Shown: in pieces, positions 25,398 through 38,184 of the stretch
How positions within the stretch are numbered: the first letter of the stretch is position 1
Layout: every line of letters starts with the position of its first letter
From: Chiloscyllium plagiosum
Lineage: Eukaryota
Direction of reading: 5' to 3'
DNA length: 64,000 bases
Assembly: GCF_004010195.1 (NCBI RefSeq)
Contig: NC_057721.1
Location: forward strand, 47,512,330-47,576,329
Translations under genes and position numbers: made by a program
The notes under the pieces: generated by a model
The model's database searches: none
Told to the model about the DNA's origin: nothing
What the model saw: the letters and a program-made list of their open reading frames with translations, nothing else

Positions 25398-26070
25398 CCT
25401 GCACATCCACTAATATCATTTATTGTATCCGTTGCTCCCGATGCGGTCTCCTCTACATTGGGGAGACTGGGCGCCTCCTAGCAGAGTGCTTAAGGGAACA
25501 TCTCCGAGACACCCGCACCAATCAACCAAACCGCCCCGTGGCCCAACATTTCAACTCCCCCTCCCACTCTGCCAAGGATATGGAGATGCTGGGCCTCCTC
25601 CACCGCCGCTCCCTCACCACCAGACGCATGGAAGAAGAACGCCTCATCTTCCGCCTCGGAACACTTCAACCCCAGGGCATCAATGTGGATTTCAACAGTT
25701 TCCTCATTTCCCCTTCCCCCACCTCATCCTAGTTTCTAACCTCCAGCAACACGATCCCCTGACTTGTCCGGACTTGTCCGACCTGCCCAGCTCCTTTTCC
25801 ACCTATCCACTCCACCCTCTCCTCCCTGACCTATCACCTTCATCTCCTTCCCCACTGACCTATTGTACTCTATGCTACTCTATACCCACCCCCACCCTCC
25901 TCTAGCTTACCTCTCCACGCTTCAGGCTCTCTGCCTTTATTCCTGATGAAGGGCTTTTGCCCGAAACGTCGATTTTGCCTGTCCTCGGATGCTGCCTGAA
26001 TTGCTGTGCTCTTCCAGCACCACTGATCCAGAATCTGGTTTCCAGCATCTGCAGTCATTGTTTTTACCTT
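25398..26070 (+). mobile_element. Penelope-like element 3' fragment: GIY-YIG endonuclease plus 3' UTR with hammerhead motif
   Basis: IYCIRCSRCGLLYIGETGR...EH...PVAQHFNSPSHS...EERLIFRLGTLQPQGINVDFN; hammerhead core 25943-25970. Confidence 0.88.
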
Positions 26071-26479
26071 GTCTATTTGTGCACCTTATGAGAGTGATGA
26101 CTGAGTCTATCATGTGCTTATAGTATCCTAGAGGGAGATGTCTTTCCAAAGGTATTCAGACACAACCTGATTATTAAGGTGGACAGAGACCAACATGTTG
26201 TACTCATTCATATTAGGCAATGGACACCAACTGAGAAGTGGATGATCAATTATTTTTATCTACTTCCTTTACAAACAATAAATCCAGAATGAGTTCATGA
26301 AGACTATGTTTAGCAAGTGGCCAGTTTGTGAAGCAAGGTAATGAGACAGCAAGCTTATATGTTGTGTTATAAATCTGCTTTTCCAGAGCCAGAGGCAGAA
26401 AGAATGTGCAGGTGCCTGAGTGAGGAGAGGGCATATTCCTTGTTTCTCTCCAACAATTCTTTTACCTTGCCTGCACGAA

Positions 26480-26610
26480 CACTTGATGAAGGGCTCTTGG
26501 CCGAAACATCGTTTCTCCTGCTCCTCAGATGATGCCTGACGTGCTGTGCTTTTCCAGCACCACACTCTCGACTCTGATCTCCAGCATCTGCAATCCTCAC
26601 TTTTTCCTAG
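26480..26610 (+). mobile_element. Short PLE-derived 3' end (degenerate hammerhead)
   Basis: ttgatgaagggctcttggccgaaacatc...gatgcctgac..tgctgtgcttttccagcaccacac...catctgcaatcctcactt. Confidence 0.7.
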
Positions 26611-27169
26611 TTGATTCTAACCTTACTGCACAAACACCAGGCAGTGCCTTCAATATAAACCAAGCAGTTGCTGAAGCATAAAGTTACTGACATTTTAAAT
26701 TGTCTCAAGTCAGAATCTCGAAGAAACCAGCATGAAATTGTCCGAGTCATCAACTTTCAGGATCTGTTTATGATTCATGTTCTTTAGGGATGCTTAAATT
26801 ATTCTGTATTTGTGACTTTCTTCTGTGTTTTGGAACTGTTGAATACTGGTATGAGTTAGAGCAATTATTATATTTATTAATCAGGTGTTAACTACAATAA
26901 ATAATATTCCTTTTTATAAACATTAGAAGAAAACTTGTGTCATTTTCACAGCACTCAAGCATCCACTGAATTGATAATCAAATCCTTTAATTAGCAATCT
27001 CTTGTTTCAAAGAATGGGCAGAGAGAGGAACCATTGAGGAAAAACCAATGAGGTTCTGGGAACAACAGTGTCAGAGCAGGAAATAGCTCATTGTCGATAT
27101 TCTTATGCCAGAATTGAATAGCTAAGACTTGAACCATTCAGGGCAGTCTCAATCAGCTGGAGATCAATT

Positions 27170-30000
27170 GCATTATAGAAACATTGAAGTTAGGTACAGG
27201 ACAAGGCTATTCAACCCTTTGAACCTGCTCCATCATTCATTATGATCATGGCTGCTCATTGAGTGCAATACCCTAATCCTGCCCTCCCCCCTTCTCCCTG
27301 GAGCTGCAAGAGCTGTATCTGCCTCCTTCTTGAAAGTACATAGCGTTTTGGCCTCAGCCACTTTCTGTGGTGGCGAATCCCAAAAGCTCACCATTCTCTG
27401 GCTGAAGAAATTTCTCATGCCAATGCTAAAAGGTTGGCCCCTTATCCTTAAACTTTGACCCCCTAGTTCAGGACTCCCCCACCATTGGGAACATCCTTCC
27501 TGTTTTTAACCTGTCAAGTCCAATTCGGACTTTATAAGCTTCTATGCAAATTTCCCCCAAACTCAGGTGATTACAATCAAACTCTCCTCACAAGAATCAG
27601 TCCAGTAAACCTTCACTGTATTCACTCCAGCAAGAACATTCTTCCTCAGGTAAGGAGAGGCAATATTCCAGATGTGGCCTCAGCAATGCCCTGTATCATT
27701 GCAGCAATACATCCTTGTTCCTATACTCAGATTCTCTCATTATAAGAGCCAGCATACAATTTGCTTTCTTAACTGACTGCGGGACTTATGTGCTTACTTT
27801 CAGCGATTGGTACAGGAGGACATCCAGGTCTCATTAAACATTCCCCCTCTGAATTTACATTATTCAGATAATAATGTCTTCTTATTTTTGCTCACAAAAT
27901 GGATAGCTGCATATTCATCCACCCTATACTGCACATGCCATGCATTTGCCCACTCACTCAGCCTGTCCAAATCACATTGCAATATTTCTGCATCCTCCTC
28001 ATGACTCTCACTTCCACCCTGCTTTATGGCACATGCAAACTTTGAGATGTTCCATTCAGTTCCCTCATCCAAACTATTAACATATATTGTGAATAGCTGG
28101 GGTCCTAGTACTGATCTGTGCAGTACCCCAATTGTCACTGCTATTCAGAAAAAGACCCATCTATTGCTACTCTTTGCTTCCTGTTTGCTAACCAATTTTT
28201 ATCCATCTCAATGCATTGGTATGAATCATATACACTTTACATTTTACACTCTAATCTCTTATGCTGAAGTTTGTCAAAAAAACCTTCTGAAAGACCAAAT
28301 AAGCCACATCATCAACCAGCACCTCTGATCAACTCTACTAGGTATATCTTTGAAGAATTCCAGTAGATTTGTCAACATGATTTCCCTTTTAGAGTCATAG
28401 GGATGTACAGCATGAAAACAGACCCTTCGGTCCAACATGTCCATGCTGACCAGATATCCTAACCCAATCTAGTCCCACCTGCCAGCACCTGGACCATATC
28501 CCTCCAAACCCTTCCTATTCATATACCCATCCAAATGCCTCTTAAATGTTGCAATTGTATCAGCCTCCACCACATCCTCTGGCAGCTCATTCTATACACG
28601 TACCACCCTCTGCGTGAAAATGTTGCCCCTTAGGTCTCTTTTATATCTTTCCCCTCTCACCCTAAACCTATGCCCTCTAGTTCTGGACTCCCCAACCCCA
28701 GGGAATATTCCAACAGTGGCCTAACCAATATCCTGTCCAGCCGTAACATGACCTCCGAACTCCTGTACTCAATACTCTGACCAATAAAGGAAAGCATACC
28801 AAACGCTGCCTTCACTATCCTATCTAACTGCGACTCCACTTTCAAGGAGCTATAAACCTGCACTCCAAGGTCTCTTTGTTCAGCAACACTCCCTAGGGCC
28901 TTACCATTAAGTGTATAAGTCCTGCTAAGATTTGCTTTCCCAAAATGCAGCACCTCACATTTATCTGAATTAAACTCCATCTGCCACTTCTCAGCCCATT
29001 GGCCCATCTGGTCAAGATGCTGTTGTAATCTGAGGTACCCCTCTTCGCTGTCACCACACCTCCAATTTTGGTGTCATCTGCAAACTTACTAACTGTACCT
29101 CTTATGCTCGCATCCAAATCATTTATGTAAATGACAAAAAGTAAAGGGCCCAGCACCAATCCTTTTGGCAGTCCACTGGTCACAGGCCTCCAGTCTGAAA
29201 AACAACCCTCCACCACTACCCTCTATCTTCTACCTTTGAGCCTGTTCTGTATCCAAATGGCTAGTTCTTCCTGTATTCCATGAGACCTAAGCTTGCTAAT
29301 CAGTCTCCCACGGGGAACCTTGTCGAATGCCTTACTGAAGTCTATATAGATGACATCTACTGCTCTGCTCTCATCAATCTTCTTTGTTTTTGTAAATCCA
29401 TGCTGACTGTGTCTGATTCTACCACTGTTTTTGAAGTGCCATGCTAGAAAATCCTTGATAATGGACTCCAGCATTTTCTCCACCACTGATGTCAGACTCA
29501 TTGGTCGATAATTCTCCATTTTCTCTCTGTTTATTTAAATAGTGGGGTTACATTAGCTGTCCTCCAATCTGTAGGAACTGTTCTAAAGAACCTTGGATGG
29601 TTAGCACCACCACATCCACTATTTCTAGGGCCATTTGCTTAAGTAGTCTGATAGATTATCAGGACCTGGGGATTTGTCAGCTTTACAGTCAGTTCTTTCA
29701 TTCACTACAAGCTTACTCTCATACTCTATTTTCCCCTTCTCAATCAATTCCTTGGTTCTTCTTTGCTGATTTCTAAACTGTTCCCAATCCTTAGGCCTAT
29801 CCTGCCAATTTATATGCCTTTCTTTTGGATCTAACACTTCCCTCCTAAGCCATGGCTTGGCCATTGCTCCCTATGCACTTGCTCACTGGACAGGAATAAT
29901 CCATATAAGCTCACTCATTCACTGTTTGAATGCTGCCATTTACAACTACTGTCATTCCTTTCAGTAAACTTTAAATTATGTTATAAAAATAGAAAAATTA
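27170..30000 (-). mobile_element. Nested CR1 LINEs: younger copy (about 28391-29388) inserted in an older copy
   Basis: RT motifs YIDFSKAFDKVP, GSVLGPLLFVIYINDLD-like, KFADDTK, W..KWQMEFN.DKCEVLHFG; the older copy's gatttcccttt|tgtaaatccatgctgact is split by the insertion. Confidence 0.88.
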
Positions 30001-30400
30001 AGCCTTCATTCTCTAGATTTCAAAGATTAATGGATGATCTACTCAAGACCTTCAGGATATTAAGAGGGAAAGACAGGGTAGATAAAGACAAACTATTTCC
30101 ACTGGTTGTGGAACCAAGAGATACAGACTAAGAATTAGGGCCAGGCCATACAGGAAAGATGTTAGGAAGCAGTTCTGCATGTAAAGAATACTGGAGGTTT
30201 AGAACAGTCTTCCTTAAATGACAGTTGATGCAAATTCAATTGTTAGATTTAAATCTGAGATAGACAAATTTTTATTAAGCAAGGACATCAAGGTATATGG
30301 GCCCAAGGCAGCCATATGGAACTAGACCACAGATCAGCAATGATCTTAATGAATGGCATTGCAGGCTTGAGAGGCTAAATGGCCTACTCCTGTTCCTATT
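29985..30400 (+). mobile_element. CR1-like LINE 3' fragment
   Basis: Degenerate ORF2 end and aatggcctactcctgttcctat terminus. Confidence 0.65.
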
Positions 30401-32794
30401 TTCAAACACACTTCAGCCAACTCATTCCTCATACCATTGTTGTTTCCTGTATTAAGATTCATGTTCCTAGTTTCAGAATCAACGACCTCATTCTCCATCT
30501 TGATGAAGAATTCTATCATTTTATGGCCGCTCATCCACAAGGGGTCACTCACAACTATGTTACCAATTATTTCTTTCTCATTGCATATAATAACCAGAGA
30601 TGGACTGTTTTTGATACATTGGTCCAGAAAAGCATCCTAAATGCACTCTAGGAATTCCTCCTCTACCGTATTACGATTAATCTGATTCACCCAAGCTATA
30701 TGCAGATTAAAGTCTCACATAATTACAAACATTCTTTTACCTTATGCATCCAATTTCCCATTTAGTGCCATTCCCAACATCACCACTACAGTTTGGTTCT
30801 CTATATACTACCCCTACTAATTTTTTTTAAAACTCCTTAGCATATCTCAATTCTACATTGTCTGAGCGAATACCTCAATATTTATATTTTCTTTAGCCAA
30901 TAATGCAACTCCACCCCCTTTTCCTTTTTGTTTGTCCTTCCTTAATGTTGAATGTTCAGTTTCCATCCCTGGTCACTCTGCATTTCCATAATCCCAACTC
31001 ATACCTGTTTACATCTATTTAGAATAATTGAATCCCTACAATGCTGTAAGACACTATTCAGCCGATCAACTCTGCATCAACCCTGCAAAGAGCATCCCAC
31101 CCAAACCCAGCCCCCTACCCTACCTCTGTATAACCTGTATTTCCCAAGGCTAGTCCGCCTAGCCTGCACATTCCTACAGACAATTTATCATGGCCAATCC
31201 ACATAAGCTGCTCATGTTTGAACTGTGGGAAGACTCTTGACCACCCAGCAGAAACCTACATAGGCATGGGGAGAATGTGCAGAATCGACAAATGCACCCC
31301 AAGGCTGGAATTGAGCCAGAATCCTGACACGGTGAGCCTCCATGCATCCCCCTTGCGTGCTTGATTCATTCACTTTTTGTTGAACTCTTCATGTGTCAGC
31401 CACAAAGCCTAAAGGCTTACCTTTTTAATGTTCCCATCTCATGCGACCTTGTTCCCTAACTCCCTATATTGTGCTTTTCTAACCTCACTCCTGTTTTACC
31501 TATATCACTGGTACCAATGCGTACCATGGCTGCTGGCTGTTCACCAACCTCCTTCAAAATGTCCTGTAATCACTGGACCCTAGCACTAGAGAGGCAACAT
31601 ACCATCCTGGAGCCTCATCTGTTGCCACAGCACTACCACCAATGTGTTCCCCTAAAATTGAATTCCCTAAGACTACTGCATTCCCATATTTGTTGCTCCT
31701 CTATTGAGCAGCAGAGCCAGCCAATTTGGTTGTTGCTATTTTCCCCAAGAGACCATTCCCCTCAACAGTTTCCAAAGTGATAGATTGGTTTTTCAGGGGA
31801 ATGACCACAGGGAATTCTTGCAATGACTGTTTAATTCTCTTACTCTACCTGGTGGTCACCCATTCCCTTTCTGCCTGTGGAGTCTTTCCTTGAATTGTGA
31901 CCACCGCTGTATACATACTATCCATAATTCTTACAGCTTTGTGGATGTTCCAGTGATCCAGTTGCTGCTCCAGCTCTGAAACCTGGGCTTCCAGGACCTG
32001 CAACTGGCGACACTGGAAATATTTCTGGCTTCCCACATGGACCAGAAAGAGCATACCATGACTTTCAGCTCTCCTGCCATGACTTACCCCTTTAAATTAA
32101 CTATTTGAGAAGATGCTCAATATCAGTTTCTCAAGGGCCTTTCGATCCTGTTCTTCGTTACTACAGAATGTAACTCTTAGAAACTATAAACCCCAAAAAA
32201 GACCTTACAAACTAGAAGTGATAAAAGTTGCAAATATTTAGTTGACCTTATCTACTACTTACCGGTCAGCTCTCTCCCTTACAGCCTCTATTCCTGCAAC
32301 ACGGCAAGACCACTCTGGCTTTCCTTAAAAGGTTGGAAACAAGAGGAGGAGGAACATTGTACCAAGACTGCAGTCATTGTACGATGACATCGGTGACTGT
32401 CAATAAAGTTTGTGGATTTGGCAAGGAACAAAGGAAAAAGGTGGAGATGACACCTTAGGGTAAAGATGTTGATAGCAATATTCAAGAGTATGTGAGAAGC
32501 AAAAAGAGAATAGTTCACTCTTTACAGTGTAATCTATTATCAGCTCAAAGAATGGTTTGAATGGTTAGCAACTTAGTGATAGATTTAAGAGCAGGTGGTG
32601 TTTCTCAAGGAGGTGGGCCCAGACAGCAGAAGCAGATAGGGGGAAATGTGAAAAAGTAGGTTCACAGATGGGAGTGGATATTTTAACATGTCAGCAAGGG
32701 GAGGGGCTTAAAGAATGATCTCCATGTACATTGTTGTCATGATTGGAAGACACAGGGAAGAATTTTTCATTTTGTTAAGTTTATTTCAAGGGGC

Positions 32795-33052
32795 AAGCAC
32801 AGCAGTTCAGGTAGCATCCGAGGAGCAGTAAAATCAACGCTTCAGGCAAAAGCCCTTAATCAGGAATACAGGCAGAGTGCCTGAAGAGTGGAGAGATAAA
32901 TGAGAGGAGGGTGGGGATGGGGAGAAAGTAGCATAGAGTACAATAGGTGAACGGGGGAGGGGATGAAGGTGATAGGTCGGGGGGAGGGTGGAGTGGACAG
33001 GTGGAAAAGAAGATAGGCAGGTAGGACAGGTCATGGGGACAGTGCTGAGCTG
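32795..33052 (-). mobile_element. PLE 3' UTR fragment, same family as 25750-26010
   Basis: Reverse complement aligns to 25770-26010 including a decayed hammerhead (ctgattaagggcttttgcctgaagcgtt). Confidence 0.75.
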
Positions 33053-33488
33053 GCGAGTCTATTTCAGGACATGGTTGAAGATGTTTATTTCAAGATCATT
33101 CTTAGATATTAAATTGCCTTCAGGTTTTTAAATAGCTTTTTTTTCTTTATTTCCTTCCCAGTAGTTGAAATAGCTCTCTTATTTAAATCAGGATTTTTAT
33201 TAAGAAATCGGAAGAGGAGGACTTCATTCAGCCCATTTAGTCTGGTTGACCATTCGATAAGATTATGGCTGATCTGACTGTGGCCTAATCCCACTTTCCT
33301 ATCCCTTTAGCTCTGGGCTTCCTTGCAGATCTACCCCAAATGATATCTAGCCACCTTCGTCTTTTAGGTGATTTTGAAGTTCTCTCATATATTATTGGCA
33401 TCTCTAAATTTAACTATGATCTGTTTGTACACTGCTTTGGGAATTACCTGCTTCTGTTGCATGCAAACCTTTTAAGATTGGAGGAATT

Positions 33489-33695
33489 AGGAGAAAGTGA
33501 GGACTGCAGATGCTGGAGATCAGAGAGTCGGGTGTGGTGCTGGAAAAGCACATCAGGTCAGGCAGCATCCAAGGAGGAGAATTGACGTTTCAGGCATAAG
33601 CTGTTCAGAAATGATTATGAGCTTATGCTCGATTCTCATGCTCCTCGGATGCTGCCTGACATGCTGTGCTTTTCCAGCACCATACTCTCAACTCA
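33489..33695. mobile_element. Fold-back element of two opposed PLE-type 3' ends
   Basis: gtgtggtgctggaaaagcacatcaggtcaggcagcatccaagga vs tcctcggatgctgcctgacatgctgtgcttttccagcaccatac. Confidence 0.8.
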
Positions 33696-36391
33696 GACCA
33701 AATTAGTATGGCCCAAATCAGCTTCCAGTAGTCTTCATTCATTGTTTATCACTTTCTGTCAAATCAGATTTCAGAAAAGTGGCTAATCAATTTATCAATA
33801 CTGGTTTGCATCTAGTATATTAGAAATAATAAAATACAAATGACTTATCTAGATCATAGTTGAGGTTAGTAAGTTTAATTTTAATGTCGGTTCAGAAACC
33901 AACGAACTGGTGTTTTGCAGCTGCTTTGGTCTCATTCCTCTGAGAATACCAGGTTCAACAAAAATATAATGCTGTAAGAACAAAGCAGTCATTTCATGCT
34001 TCTGTTGTGCAATGCTCTCTCAACTGTTACCGTAGACATGATTAAAATTCACTTTCCAGTCTGGTCACAAGTAAAGCCGAGGGCATGAAGGAGAAACATG
34101 GGGAGCATCATATTAATATCTGATCATTCCTAAAGTATATTCAAAGCTGTATGGCAGTTGCTTTGTCCTGCTGGCTGACCTAGGAATGTTTGATACTAAT
34201 AACTGGGTAGCTGAAATGGAAAATGATTCATCCCCCAGTGTATAAATACACACAAACACTCTAGCTATTTGTTTGAGAAATGAACCGGATTTGTTTCAAA
34301 TGAGTATATTTTGCGGATTTAAAACCATATAAATTTCAAGTTAGCAACTTAGCTTTTCAAGAAGTTTAATTATAGAACTCCAGAATGTGCATTACCAAAC
34401 AATAGTTAATAAATAATTTTCTTACAATGTGCTGTTAGAAAACAGGCATCAAGTTTTAATTTTCTTTTCTATAAACCATAACTCAAAAATCATACTCCAG
34501 CTTTAGAAATAGAATAAATCTCAATTCCACATTGTGTGCATTCAAAGAGATTTCTAGAGGTATTATAAACAAATTTACAATATATATTTATGCCTGATTT
34601 TGTAAGAGAAAGGGAAAACTTTAGAAACCATACATAGTCAACAAAAAAAACTGCACCATCAGTTTATCCAATTACAACAAATACACAGGATCTCTTAAAT
34701 TTTGAATTGTTGGTACGAACTTCAAAACATAGGCATCCAAATATTACTTCTATACTTAAGCAGCCACTACAAGATGTTTAATATAACAAAGTAAAGGAGA
34801 ACCTGCAGAGACACAACAGGCCAGATGGAGTCCTTGTGTAGTATAACAATTCTATTGTCAAAATATTTCTCCACCAGTTTTAGTCACAGGAATAGATAGT
34901 TAAAATCAGTTTTGGGAAAGAAATAATGACAAGCATGGAGAAGATCCTTCAATAGTACCATACTAATAATTCAGTTCTGATGGGGATTGGGATAATATCC
35001 ATCCTCCAAATACCTTTAGGCAATGATGGAGGTACAGTAATTGGGAAAAGCAGCTGAAAATATACAATTACAAAGTTCAAAGAAATTCATTGGTTTTTCC
35101 TTTGTTTTTGAAATTTTCAAAATGCTAAATAATGGCTAAAGATACTAACCTACAGGCCATTTAATCACTGACAATTTGTAAACATAATATTGAAGACATT
35201 GTTACTCAGGAAGAGCAATTACTCCAGATGATGCTGTGCTCCATGTCTAAGAAGGTAGTTAGCTGATTAATTGATTGTCTATTGCCCAAGGCAAGATTTA
35301 AAACTATATTTGTGCACATGTTTACATACAGCATGCTTCAAATAATATTGAATCCACCACTCTAAAAAGCTTTGGTTGCTTATTAGAGATCTCTAATAAA
35401 TGTTTACCCCTTTTTTCAGCCTACAGACACCTGAGGAACATGTATTTTGAGTGCCACTGGTCCCTGGGAATTATGACTGAAGAGGTCTCAAGACAATTCT
35501 GGATAAATACAGAAACATGTTCAGGCAGATACTTCCATAACCGCATTAATTTTTGCAAATTTAACTGAAGGTAGCTATATGTGAAAAGGATCGGAACAAT
35601 TAACTTTGTGCTCTTCGCATTTGTGTAACTTCATAAAAGCTTCCAGAGCTCAATTTAACTTGAATAATTTGAATACGACCTTTATACTGCATATAATTTC
35701 ATACTGTTGTTCATTTGATTGTTAAAGTGTTCTCACCATATCAAAACATACAATATTTCAAGAACAAGTGTAATTTACAGATTGAAGGGGATACATGCAC
35801 CTTTTCAGCAATGTAATGAAGAATTCAAATAATGCAAGATAGTTTTGCTGAAAAACATAACATTTGTCAATGCTTTTCATCCTGCACTCATCAGAATATT
35901 CACAAGATCACCAATGTATGGGGGGGGGGGGGGGGGGGTGGGGGGGGAAGGGGATAACACATTATACTGAATTAGCAGAAACTACCAATTGGTTAGCAAA
36001 TGAATGACTCTGATTGGTAGAGGTTGTGCCATGGAGATGCACGCATTAGATGATGATTGACAGTTAACTGTCAAACCTTGTTTAAATTTAAATCAGGCAG
36101 TTTGATTCTGGTCAATGCATTGATGTCCCAGGGCAATGACAAAAAGCTTCAAAAATGCCTTCTTTCAGCAAGACCTGATTTCTGTGCCAACAAATGTATG
36201 AAAGCATACTTATGTTTCAACTATCCTCATATTGCTTAATTTTCATTGCCTTTTATAAAAAGCAAAAGTAGTAAACCATTCCTTAAAGAAAATTCTCCCC
36301 CCCAAATATTTAACTATATAATCAGTGTGAGATGTTAGGAGCTGAGCAGAAGGCATTTGCTGTTACACTTGCAAATTACTGACAATTCTGC

Positions 36392-36460
36392 TCAATCGTA
36401 ATGAAGAGTCTTCAATGTGCCTGATGTTCCAAATCGCTTTCTGTCTGCAAAACCAGGAAT
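36392..36460 (-). CDS. RABL3: RABL3 last coding exon (IPGFADRKRFGTSGTLKTLHYD*)
   Basis: tttttcag acceptor, TGA at 36394-36392; total CDS 714 nt = 237 aa + stop; no C-terminal prenylation motif, as expected for RABL3. Confidence 0.95.
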   Translation of the reverse strand: MPGFADRKRFGTSGTLKTLHYD

Positions 36461-37403
36461 CTGAAAAAATACATTTTTTAAAAAACAAATTACAATTGCA
36501 GTACTCTCCTGGTTTCTGTCCACTTTAAATTCAGTTGCCAATTTCAATCATTAAAACTGAACTTCCTCTGACATGACCAAGAAGAAACAAACATTCAGTG
36601 ATGCAGAGGCTTCTGTTTCATGCAATCTTATCTATTGGCAAAGAAAGATTTTCCTCTTTAAGTAACTTTGAGTTGAATAATTCAGCTCTGGTGAGGCACT
36701 GACACTGTTCGAGTGTGAACCACACCAGTGCAAGAATGAGCTGAACTTGTCTGATAAAGTCAAAACATTTTCATGAACACCAGCAGGATGGGAAGTGAAA
36801 CACAAAGGCTGATTTTTGAGTATTGTCTGCTTTTCCACTGAGGGAAGGTGTAGGAAGCATGAGTGGGAAGAAATCAACTGCATTAAAACACTGCCTTTAA
36901 TGATCTCAGGACATCTTGATGCACTTTACATGAAGTCACTGATGCAGAGAACGTAGCATCAATTTATATACGACAAGCTCCCATAATGCCCATCTTTGTT
37001 TAAATGATTATGATTGTGATGTAGACTAGGACATCAAACAGAACTCTCCTGCTTCTAAGGAAGATTATCACTACAGTACTATGGCAGCAAACAGGCAAAT
37101 TTCCTAGGCACAAATGTCAAAAAGAAAAACACAGTAATTAGAGTAAATAAAATAGAGCCCTGCTTATATCCATAATTAATATTCAACACACTTTCCTTCA
37201 TAGTTTAACCTTTGATCTGATAAAGTACTTCAATATTTTCTGCAGTCAGTACAGCATTCAGTAAGACAGAGCAACATGTCAAGGGTTTCCTGATAAATAC
37301 TTGCATCTTGATACATTCAGCAAGCTATTGGACATGTGAAAGTATATGCTGGTTCACAGGAGTGATCAATCAAATTAAATTCAAGCCAAATTCCTCAAAT
37401 CAT

Positions 37404-37558
37404 GAAGCAGCTTTCAATTAAGTTCAATGAACCTTGCCAGTGGTTTCTATGCAGATTCCCTGAGCTCTGGCTTCCTTCACTGGGAAGGAAGCCAGAGCTC
37501 AGGGAATCTGCATAGAAACCACTGGCAAGGTTCATTGAACTTAATTGAAAGCTGCTTC
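37404..37558. repeat. Perfect palindrome, 75-bp arms, 5-nt loop
   Basis: 37404-37478 is the exact reverse complement of 37484-37558. Confidence 0.97.
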
Positions 37559-37589
37559 TATCTGGACAGGCGAATAATGTGTTTTTTAC

Positions 37590-37593
<4 letters not shown>

Positions 37594-37621
<28 letters not shown>
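37594..37621. repeat. (TA)n microsatellite
   Basis: About 14 TA units. Confidence 0.9.
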
Positions 37622-37967
37622 CTGTCCTTGGGTGTATATATATAAAACACATTATTTGCCTAACCAGATAGAAGCAAAATCATTTGTAATAAAGTAAGTA
37701 ACGTTTTGCTGAATTAAAAGGGCCAAGATGCAGAAAACGCCATAGAAATAGGACAAAAAAACCAAATCACCATTGTTGAAAGTTAATAATTGTTTTATTA
37801 TGATCAAATCAATCACATACATAAGTAATATATTGATTTAGTTGCTGAGAAGGTTGGAGGGCTAATTTACTTAGGAAATTGTAGCTTTCCTGAGCTGTTG
37901 ATTAAACATATGTGATTACCACTCTTATCAAGTTAATGATCAACAAAAGCATTGTTGAGCTGCTCAT

Positions 37968-38184
37968 AGAGGAAAGTGAGGACTGCAGATGCTGGAGAGT
38001 CAGAGTCGAAAAGTGTGGTGCAGGAAAGACACAGCAGGTCAGGCAGCATCCAAGGAGCAGGAGAATTGACATTTCAGGCATAAGCCCTTCATTCTTGATC
38101 AAGGGCTTGTGCCCGAAACGTTGATTCTCCTGCTCCTCGGATGCTGTCTGACCTGTTGTGCTTTTCCAGCGCCACACTTTTCGG
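37968..38184. mobile_element. Fold-back element with two back-to-back hammerhead-like cores
   Basis: Arms 38008-38090 and 38097-38183 are imperfect reverse complements; centre gacatttcaggcataagcccttcattc|ttgatcaagggcttgtgcccgaaacgtt. Confidence 0.82.

Noticed and set aside
25318-25427. CRISPR-like direct repeats
   Set aside because: Eukaryotic context, no regular unique spacers, and the unit is part of the PLE ORF
35865-35896. Hammerhead-like ctgatgag...gaaa on the minus strand (related sequence near 13520-13550)
   Set aside because: Stem II does not pair convincingly; too decayed to count as a ribozyme motif
35920-35947. Poly-G tract downstream of the RABL3 stop (G-quadruplex candidate)
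   Set aside because: Simple homopolymer inside a decayed repeat; length unreliable and no supporting context
33700-36391. RABL3 3' UTR end and poly(A) site
   Set aside because: No unambiguous minus-strand AATAAA could be assigned by eye; needs transcript data
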